Source: Clostridia bacterium
GTDB taxonomy: Bacteria; Bacillota; Peptococcia; DRI-13; SM3-B62
DNA length: 64,000 nucleotides
Assembly (NCBI GenBank): GCA_018433675.1
Contig: JAHDQS010000001.1
Span: 42,232-106,231, forward strand
Direction: 5' to 3'
Shown here: positions 54,394-64,000 of the stretch, one piece after another
Layout of the letters: each line of letters starts with the position of its first letter
How positions within the stretch are numbered: position 1 is the stretch's first letter
The notes under the pieces: generated by a model
Told to the model about the DNA's origin: nothing
The model's input: the letters and a program-made list of their open reading frames with translations, nothing else
Database searches by the model: none
Translations under genes and position numbers: made by a program

Positions 54394-54905
54394 GGCCGCT
54401 CACCACCTGACAATTCTATAATATCTCTTATCCACTCTACAACTCCTTGAATCAATAAGAGGATCAGTGCAAACAGAATCCAGCTTTTAAAAGGATATAT
54501 CGGTGGTTTTATTGAACTGATTGAGGCTAGTTCGTGTATTCCCCACGAGTGTATAACATCTTGCAACATAGCATATAGTCCTACGCTCATGAACAGAAAA
54601 AAAAGGAGCGGAGTCAACAGAATATCAAGTAACAAACGTACCTTAGCCGGAAAAAGATTATAAACAACATCCACCCGTACATGCCCTTTTTCTCTATAAG
54701 TCCAGGCAAATCCCATTGTCACTACTACGCTGCTTAACATATAGGTTGCATCATAACTCCACAATGTAGGACTATGGAAAACATACCTGGAAATAACCTC
54801 ATAAACCATGGTTGCAATAAGCGCTAAAATAAACCAGCCAAACAGCTTCCCCACTTTCTCATTAAAAATATCAATCATATGAAAAACTTTGCGCAACTTT
54901 TTCAC
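54390..54905 (-). CDS. TRAP transporter small permease (DctQ family)
   Basis: 171-aa four-TM protein located between the dctP-like and dctM genes. Confidence 0.75.
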   Translation of the reverse strand: MKKLRKVFHMIDIFNEKVGKLFGWFILALIATMVYEVISRYVFHSPTLWSYDATYMLSSVVVTMGFAWTYREKGHVRVDVVYNLFPAKVRLLLDILLTPLLFFLFMSVGLYAMLQDVIHSWGIHELASISSIKPPIYPFKSWILFALILLLIQGVVEWIRDIIELSGGERP

Positions 54906-55004
54906 TCCCTTGATTTTAAAAGACTTTGCTTACATCTTCTGAGTCGTTTCTTTGGAGTTTAAATGCGAAACGTTGTTTTACCTGTAGTTCCCTTCCAAGT
55001 AAAC

Positions 55005-55073
55005 ATTACTGGCTTTCCGTACAAAAAATAATGCTTTATTCACAAATAGTAAATTGTACGGAAAACCAGTAAT
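55005..55073 (-). promoter_or_regulatory. Long intercistronic stem-loop between the dctP-like gene and dctQ
   Basis: ATTACTGGCTTTCCGTACAA (55005-55024) pairs with TTGTACGGAAAACCAGTAAT (55054-55073): 20-nt arms with one mismatch or wobble and a 29-nt loop. Confidence 0.6.
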
Positions 55074-55091
55074 TTCAATTAAAATATTTTC

Positions 55092-56216
55092 TTATTCATA
55101 TGTGCCGGGTTCCGGTTTAACTGGATGCATAAATTCTTCATAGTCCGAAAACCTGAGATAATATGCTCTTGCAGAATCCCATACTTCTTTTAAGAACTCA
55201 TCGTTTTTCGCCTGTTCATCAATAAATGCCCAGCCGAGTTCGCGAACTCTATGTTGCTCGCTTTCCTCCAGTTTGTTGCGTTGCACGCCTTCCTTATCGT
55301 AAAATTCCAAAGCCTCAATACTTGTATTATAGTCACTGCATAAAGCCCATAAGGTCACAGAACGGCAGGCGGTTTCAATCATAGCTTGATATTGGGCAGG
55401 CAGTTTATCCCATTCGTCTTTATTAATGCCTATCTCAGTAATCATGCTGGGCTGATGTACGCCAGGTCCTGCATAATAATCGGATACCTCATAAAATTTC
55501 AAATCATAGTCTGTCGTTGGGGAATCATATTCAACCGCATCGACAACTCCTCTTTCCATGGCCGAATATATCTCCGCACCGGGTACAGATACTACCGATA
55601 CGCCGATTGACTTTAGTATCTCACCCCACCAACTAATAGTTCTGAATTTCAGCCCCTTCCAGTCTTCCAGCTTATCAAGGGGTTTGTTTGTCCAGGCTAA
55701 TAAATCCGGTCCGTGCGCACCCGCGGGGAAGGAAATAACATTTAAACCCATTTCCTCTTGATACATTCTCTGCCATAATTCCAGCCCGCCGCCTTCGTAT
55801 ATCCATGTCAAATGAGCCAGCGGTTCAAAACACATGATGACAGAAGAGAAAAACCCTGATGCCGGGTGTTTTCCCATCCAATAATTTGCACATGAATGCA
55901 TGATTTCAACAGTACCCTTATCAACTGCATCAAGTGCCTCCATAGCGCCTACAATCGCTCCGCCCGGCTGCACGTCAATCGTAAACTTACCGCCACTCAT
56001 CTTCTCGATCTCTCCAGCAAATTCTTTGGCCCACTTTTGCAGGCTCATTCCTTCCGACCAAGAAGTCGTCATTGTCCAGTGAACTTCAGGCAAACCATCA
56101 TTGGTTTCAGCAACAGCAGGGGTTTTTTCACCTCCGCACCCGCTAAACATTGTCATAACAAGACATGCCAATACGACCAATGATAGAACCGCAATATACT
56201 TTTTTGGAATTAACAT
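55092..56216 (-). CDS. TRAP transporter substrate-binding lipoprotein (DctP family)
   Basis: Lipobox MFSGC. DctP-like FRTISWWGEILKSIGVSVVSVPGAEIYSAMERGVVDAVEY. I chose the start at MLIPKK (56216) because a GAAGGAGG RBS precedes it; the track ORF extends to 56261. Confidence 0.8.
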   Translation of the reverse strand: MLIPKKYIAVLSLVVLACLVMTMFSGCGGEKTPAVAETNDGLPEVHWTMTTSWSEGMSLQKWAKEFAGEIEKMSGGKFTIDVQPGGAIVGAMEALDAVDKGTVEIMHSCANYWMGKHPASGFFSSVIMCFEPLAHLTWIYEGGGLELWQRMYQEEMGLNVISFPAGAHGPDLLAWTNKPLDKLEDWKGLKFRTISWWGEILKSIGVSVVSVPGAEIYSAMERGVVDAVEYDSPTTDYDLKFYEVSDYYAGPGVHQPSMITEIGINKDEWDKLPAQYQAMIETACRSVTLWALCSDYNTSIEALEFYDKEGVQRNKLEESEQHRVRELGWAFIDEQAKNDEFLKEVWDSARAYYLRFSDYEEFMHPVKPEPGTYE

Positions 56217-56506
56217 TACCTTTCCTCCTTCAAAATAATAGTTTCTTTTCTTCCCAGACATAAATCAACCGGATTTCTTTTGAGAAACAACAATCTCTAA
56301 ATGTCCTGTTTATACTAATAAATATTCAATAACAACATACCCCCTCTATGTTCTGTATTGCCGAACGTCGTTCGGTTCTTTTCTCAAAAAAAATTATTGC
56401 CTCTTGTCCAATTTAATATCTGTCTCTTTTTTGTTATAGATTATAGCTGCTTATCTCCGAGACGATCGTTGTTCGTCATTGTCACACGCTGTTCGTTATT
56501 ATCTCA

Positions 56507-56536
56507 ATAGTACAGCTTTCGACATATATGTGTCAA
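56507..56536 (-). promoter_or_regulatory. Candidate promoter of the TRAP-DUF169 operon
   Basis: The minus strand reads TTGACA (56531-56536), an 18-nt spacer, then TACTAT (56507-56512). This implies a leader of roughly 290 nt. Confidence 0.4.
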
Positions 56537-56770
56537 TTGTTTGTTGTTGACAAATTGTAAACATTCTATAAAACAGCCTCCTCATGAATACAATGGTGTC
56601 ATAAATTATTGTTTCGAACGGCACCAAAATACAAAAATATAAAGCCCCTCAGTCCGCATAGTTGCTGGACTGTCAGAGCTCTATAACACATTCTCGCTAC
56701 AAAATTCAAGTTGCGAGTATTATATATGATTAATCAGGCGTTTATACACTTTGACCTTTACCGAACTCAA

Positions 56771-59474
<2,704 letters not shown>

Positions 59475-59678
59475 ACCCAACACTCCTTGCTGTCTTAGGC
59501 CACGAAAAACAAGACGCACAAAATAAACTCAAATAGTGCTACCGCTTACAACAGTTACTACTTGAGCTCATTATTACCTGACCATCGTGCGTCTCTTATT
59601 TTATCAGGATTTTTATGTAAAGTCAATAAAACACGAAGGCAATTAGGATTATTTGTTTTTTTATTCGTGTATTACGAA

Positions 59679-61028
59679 TTATTCCGGCGAATGTACTCTG
59701 TCAAGGTCAATAAATTTCGTAAATTCTTTCATGAATCCAAGTTCTACCACTCCGGTAGGCCCGTTGCGGTGTTTAGCAATGATAATTTCCGCAATGCCCG
59801 GCTTTTCAGTGTCCGGATGATAGTACTCATCACGATAAATAAACATAACCATATCCGCATCCTGCTCCAGCGCTCCTGACTCCCGGAGATGACTCAAAGC
59901 CGGCTTTTTCCCTTGTGTCTGCTCAACCGCCCGTGATAGCTGGGAAAGTGCCATAACGGGCACATCTAATTCCCTGGCCAAAGCTTTCAGCGAACGAGAT
60001 ATTTCGGAAATTTCTTGTTGCCGGTTCTCATTGCGTCTGCCCTGCTGCATCAGCTGAATGTAATCAAGGACAATCAATCCAAGCCCTTTTTCTGCCTTAA
60101 GCCGCCGGGCCTTAGCCCTAAGCTCTAAAACGGAAATGGCCGGTGTATCATCGATGAAAATATTCGCCGTTGACAGGGGTTGAGCCGCTTTAGTCAAACG
60201 CAGCCATTCTTCATCCTGCAGACGACCTGTCCGTAATTTGTGCTGATCGATCATCCCTTCAGAGCTCATAAGTCTTTGTACCAGCTGCTCCCGGGACATT
60301 TCCAGGCTAAAAATCGCTACCGGGACTTCGGCTTTTACCGCAGCGTTGAAGGCAATATTTAAACCAAAAGAGGTCTTCCCCATGGCCGGACGGGCAGCAA
60401 GAATAATCAAATCTGAGTGCTGCCAGCCGGAAGTCATACGATCCAGATCGGAATAACCGGACGGTATCCCTGTGATATTACCCTTCTGCTTTGCCAGTTC
60501 CTCAATTCGCTCCAGCGCATCACCGAGAACCTGTTTAATATGGACCAGCGAACCCGAATTGCGGTTTCCGGCGATTTCCAGAATCATTTTTTCGGCATTG
60601 TCAAGGAGTTGATAGGTATCTTCCTTATCCTCGTAACAACGATTGGCTATTGTTGTCGTCGACCTGATAAGCTTCCGCAGGATGGCTTTTTCCACCACAA
60701 TATCGGCATAATAGCGTACATTGGCAGCAGTAGGAACAGTGTTGGCAATCGTCGCGATATATCCTACCCCTCCGACTTTGTCAAGGTTGTTTTGTTGGCG
60801 CAGTTCTTCTGTCACCGTAATCATGTCAATGGGTTCTCCATTGGCATCAAGGTTGAGCAGCGCCTTATACATGAGCTGGTGTGACTCTTTATAAAAGTCT
60901 TCAGGAAGTAGAATTTCCATCACGGTGTATACCGCTTCTTTTTCCAGCATCATAGAGCCAAGCACCGCTTGTTCGGCTTCCTGATTATTCGGGGGTATTT
61001 TCTCCAATAAAACACTCATTCTTCTCAC
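59679..61028 (-). CDS. dnaB: Replicative DNA helicase
   Basis: PPNNQEAEQAVLGSM N-terminus, Walker A ARPAMGKTSF, Walker B LIVLDYIQLM and the RNGPTG motif. The start is at 61028 (GTG) or 61019 (ATG). Confidence 0.95.
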   Translation of the reverse strand: MRRMSVLLEKIPPNNQEAEQAVLGSMMLEKEAVYTVMEILLPEDFYKESHQLMYKALLNLDANGEPIDMITVTEELRQQNNLDKVGGVGYIATIANTVPTAANVRYYADIVVEKAILRKLIRSTTTIANRCYEDKEDTYQLLDNAEKMILEIAGNRNSGSLVHIKQVLGDALERIEELAKQKGNITGIPSGYSDLDRMTSGWQHSDLIILAARPAMGKTSFGLNIAFNAAVKAEVPVAIFSLEMSREQLVQRLMSSEGMIDQHKLRTGRLQDEEWLRLTKAAQPLSTANIFIDDTPAISVLELRAKARRLKAEKGLGLIVLDYIQLMQQGRRNENRQQEISEISRSLKALARELDVPVMALSQLSRAVEQTQGKKPALSHLRESGALEQDADMVMFIYRDEYYHPDTEKPGIAEIIIAKHRNGPTGVVELGFMKEFTKFIDLDRVHSPE

Positions 61029-61070
61029 CGCATTCCGGATGTTATCGGTAATTCAAATTATTACCAAGGC

Positions 61071-63002
61071 CTATTCTTTCTCCAGGATATATTCCAGAGC
61101 CTCCTCAATCGTCTTCACCGGTGCTATTTCTATTCCCCTTAAACTCATTGGCACATCTGTCTTGTTTTCCTCGGGAATAATGACACATTTAGCCCCTGAT
61201 TGTTTGGCTCCATATATTTTTTCAAAAATACCGCCTACCGGTTTGACACGTCCTTGAATAGACAGTTCACCTGTTACAGCAACGTCCTGTCGCAATCCCC
61301 TTCCGGTAACGGCACTGTAGATGCACAGGCAAATGGCCAAACCTGCCGACGGCCCGTCAATGCGCCCGCCGCCAACGATATTGACATGCAAATCATAATT
61401 AGCTAATTCTTCTCCTGTCAAACTCCTTAATACTGAAGAGGCGTTAAATACTGAATCTTTGGCCATCGAACCGGCCGTATCATTAAAGCGCAGCTTCCCT
61501 TTTCCTTCGGTTTTAGCCGGAAAGGCCACAGCCTCAATTTCCATTACCGAACCTAAATAGCCCGCAACCCCCAGACCCAAAACCCGACCTACTTCTCTCT
61601 TCTCGGAGCTTTTCACGGTAACGAAGGGCGAGAGCCGGGATACCTGTATAACTTCATAAACGTCTTCCTTGGTAATGAGTGGCTTCTCCTGCTTTGCACC
61701 GTTAGCATTATCCCGGAACAAGGCCAAGCCATAGGCATCGGCTAAAATGTTGTTGGCTTTGCGCCCCTCAATCGTATATTCGCTGATTATCTGCTTTACT
61801 CCTTCTTCCAGCTCAACAGCCAATCTCTTGGCGGCATTGGCGACTATTATTTCAATATCCGCCGGTGTCAGAGGTTCAAAATAAACCTCGACACAACGGG
61901 AACGAATGGCGGGATTTATCTCAGACGCATCGCAGGTGGTAGCACCGATGAGGATAAAGTCCGCTGGCGCACCTTCCTCAAACAGTTTCTTGATATAAAG
62001 AGGGATTCCGTTGTCATGCGGATTATAGTAAGCCGAATTAAAAAAGACCCTCTTGTCCTCCAACACCTTAAGCAACTTGTTTTGCATCATGGGATCCATT
62101 TCCCCTATTTCATCGATAAACAAAACACCGCCATGGGCATCAGTCACCAGCCCCAGTTTGGGCTCAGGAACTCCCGTATCGGCAAAATCTTTCCGGGCCC
62201 CCTGGTAAATCGGATCATGCACCGAACCCAGTAATGGATTGGTTACATCCCGCGGATCCCAACGCAGAGCTGCCCCGTCAACCTCAACAAAGGGAGCATC
62301 CTCCTTGAAAGGCGAATGAGACAACCGTTTCACCGTATCCAATACCAAACGGGCAGCGCTTGTTTTACCTACACCGGGCGGTCCGTAAATCAATACATGC
62401 TGCGGATAAGGACTGGACATTTTGGACAAAAGCGACCTTACCCCCTGACTCTGCCCAATAATTTCTTCTAAAGACTGAGGTCGCAGCACTTCCAAAGCCG
62501 AGCCGGCTAAGCCCAGACTATTCATTTTCTCTAAAATCGCCATGCGTTTGAGGGTTTGGGCATTTTCCGGGTTTGGATTGTATTCATTAACCACCTGTAA
62601 TCTGATTTGATTTGCATATTCTTCATGCTTTTCTTGCATTTTTTGGGCCACGAGCTGTTCCAATTGATCTTCAAAAGATCTCTTCGCTAAAAGATCCGCA
62701 ATCATCTCTTCCATATTTTTAAGATAAACTTCGTAATTCTGATCTTCATCGGTCATAACTACGGTTGGATCCTCATAAAGCAGCCTCTTTAAGGCCAAAG
62801 CCTTTTTCGAGACATCACCGGAACGCAGGTGCTTAATAACACCAAGTTTCGTTGCCTTTAAGACCATTTTATCCGCTCCGAGAATCCTCGCTACCAGTTC
62901 CAGCAGCCTGTCAATTTTCCGCCTTACAAGTTCATCCTTGCTGAACCTTTTTTTAAGCTTCTTGTATTCGACGAATTTATACGCCTTTACTCCGTTTTTC
63001 AT
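61071..63002 (-). CDS. lonC: Lon-family ATP-dependent protease (sporulation-associated LonC type)
   Basis: Walker A GPPGVGKTS, Walker B VLFIDEIGE, and the Lon protease serine motif DGPSAGLA. Its position between rplI and dnaB is as in other spore-formers; the subtype call is from recollection. Confidence 0.7.
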   Translation of the reverse strand: MKNGVKAYKFVEYKKLKKRFSKDELVRRKIDRLLELVARILGADKMVLKATKLGVIKHLRSGDVSKKALALKRLLYEDPTVVMTDEDQNYEVYLKNMEEMIADLLAKRSFEDQLEQLVAQKMQEKHEEYANQIRLQVVNEYNPNPENAQTLKRMAILEKMNSLGLAGSALEVLRPQSLEEIIGQSQGVRSLLSKMSSPYPQHVLIYGPPGVGKTSAARLVLDTVKRLSHSPFKEDAPFVEVDGAALRWDPRDVTNPLLGSVHDPIYQGARKDFADTGVPEPKLGLVTDAHGGVLFIDEIGEMDPMMQNKLLKVLEDKRVFFNSAYYNPHDNGIPLYIKKLFEEGAPADFILIGATTCDASEINPAIRSRCVEVYFEPLTPADIEIIVANAAKRLAVELEEGVKQIISEYTIEGRKANNILADAYGLALFRDNANGAKQEKPLITKEDVYEVIQVSRLSPFVTVKSSEKREVGRVLGLGVAGYLGSVMEIEAVAFPAKTEGKGKLRFNDTAGSMAKDSVFNASSVLRSLTGEELANYDLHVNIVGGGRIDGPSAGLAICLCIYSAVTGRGLRQDVAVTGELSIQGRVKPVGGIFEKIYGAKQSGAKCVIIPEENKTDVPMSLRGIEIAPVKTIEEALEYILEKE

Positions 63003-63021
63003 GACTTAAGGTTGTCCCCTT

Positions 63022-63471
63022 TCACTCCACTGCAGTTACGTCTATGTAAACGGTAGCCAAGACCTCGGGATGCAGCCTTACCACAACCGGATGTTCACCC
63101 AGGTCTTTGATTGGTGTCTTTAATTCAATCTTCCTTTTATCAATTACCAGTCCATGCTCTTTTTCTACAGCCTCGGCAATATCCTTAGTATTGATAGACC
63201 CGAAAAGACGTCCACCCTCCCCTGATTTGACTTGAATCTTGACCCTAACTCCATCCACGCGTTCCTTCAACTCTTTGGCCTTCTTTAACAACTCCTCTTT
63301 TTGTCTGGCAAAAGACTCTTGCTGACGTTCCAGCTCTTTGATATTGGCGGAAGTAGCTTCCTTCGCCAGTCCTTTGGGCAAAAGGAAGTTTCGGGCATAG
63401 CCTTCCGCTACTTTCACAATATCCCCTTTTTTGCCTGTTCCCTTCACATCGTTGCTCAGGATTACTTTCAT
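63022..63471 (-). CDS. rplI: 50S ribosomal protein L9
   Basis: [36 protein letters not shown]. Confidence 0.95.
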   Translation of the reverse strand: MKVILSNDVKGTGKKGDIVKVAEGYARNFLLPKGLAKEATSANIKELERQQESFARQKEELLKKAKELKERVDGVRVKIQVKSGEGGRLFGSINTKDIAEAVEKEHGLVIDKRKIELKTPIKDLGEHPVVVRLHPEVLATVYIDVTAVE

Positions 63472-63484
63472 ATCTCTCTCCTCC

Positions 63485-64000
63485 TTAGCGAAACTCTTTT
63501 TCCAATACTTTCAAAAGCCTTTTTTCCACAATATTGGGAGGCTCCTTAATCTGGGCCGCAGCAACTGTCATGTGGCCACCTCCTCCCATTTTCTCAAGGA
63601 TAGATTGAACATTTATCTCGCCGTGAGACCGGGCGCTGACCACTGACCCTCCTTCATAAGGCCACAAGACGAACGAGGCATATACATCCTTAATGTCCAA
63701 CATCGTATCGGCTGCTTTCGCTGCCAGGGTCTGAGCCTCATCGCTAGTATCTCTGCCAACCGCAAGGGCGATATGTCCGTAAAGAATTCTCGCTCTGCTG
63801 ATGACCTCCGCTTTTTTTATGACAGCGGAGATCTCCTCACTTATTAAATCCCGCACTACAGCAGGGTCTGCCCCAACCCCCCGTAAAAATGCCGCCGCTT
63901 CGAAGGTTCTGACTCCAGTTTGCAACATAAAGTTCTTCGTATCAACGGTAATTCCTGCTAATAAAGCAATGGCCTCGTTCCTGCCCAGCTCTACCTGATC
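63485..64000 (-). CDS. gdpP: DHH/DHHA1-family phosphodiesterase (GdpP-like), C-terminal part; the 5' end lies outside the window
   Basis: The frame stays open to the window edge: ..[29 protein letters not shown] and the GGGGH DHHA1 motif. It lies upstream of rplI, the conserved Firmicute arrangement. Confidence 0.75.
   Translation of the reverse strand, partial: DQVELGRNEAIALLAGITVDTKNFMLQTGVRTFEAAAFLRGVGADPAVVRDLISEEISAVIKKAEVISRARILYGHIALAVGRDTSDEAQTLAAKAADTMLDIKDVYASFVLWPYEGGSVVSARSHGEINVQSILEKMGGGGHMTVAAAQIKEPPNIVEKRLLKVLEKEFR

Noticed and set aside
53024-54406. Several short minus- and plus-strand ORFs (53024-53293, 53300-53536, 53750-53959, 53822-54220, 54170-54406) within dctM.
   Set aside because: All are alternative frames of the 440-aa DctM permease gene, whose own frame is continuous and characteristic.

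Overview
This is a 64-kb chromosomal segment that I infer comes from an anaerobic, endospore-forming Firmicute. The inference rests on cotJABC, spoIIR, veg, a Lon-type sporulation protease, selA, rubrerythrin and an Mbh-like Mrp cluster. The right end carries the origin-proximal gene set gdpP(partial)-rplI-lon-dnaB, then an FAD protein and purA. I call about 65 protein-coding genes, and all but three (treZ fragment, L,D-transpeptidase, serC) are on the minus strand. I found no rRNA, tRNA, CRISPR array, transposase or integrase.

Gene content from left to right:
- alpha-glucan enzymes (treZ fragment, GH57-like, GH13)
- a RhuM plus Type III Res-like helicase-nuclease cassette with no methyltransferase
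- two flavoproteins
- tatA (missing from the ORF track), tatC and a TatB-like gene
- a roughly 6.8-kb accessory island: AbiEi/AbiEii, a SWIM zinc-finger protein plus a 1028-aa SNF2 helicase, and an MNT/HEPN pair
- cotJABC, an OYE flavoenzyme, rnhA and a DUF3048 lipoprotein
- an 11-gene Mrp/Mbh-type cation:proton antiporter cluster
- an SDR, and a Na/Pi-PhoU transporter preceded by a Pho-box-like array
- ykuD-LysM, selA, spoIIR, a DUF3794x3-LysM protein, a CAP-domain protein and veg
- an AT-rich TetR/ABC cassette, an M48 protease, serC, pdxK, a radical SAM protein, YggT, rubrerythrin and EamA
- a TRAP transporter operon ending in two DUF169 paralogues
- purA and the dnaB region

The leads most worth follow-up:
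1. The Mod-less, translationally coupled RhuM-Res pair.
2. The defence-type island, whose three modules are each delimited by a copy of one hairpin family found nowhere else in the window.
3. The uncharacterised SWIM+SNF2 pair inside that island.
4. The TRAP-DUF169-DUF169 operon with its long repeat-bearing leader.

All family assignments come from reading motifs in the translations. No database search was run.
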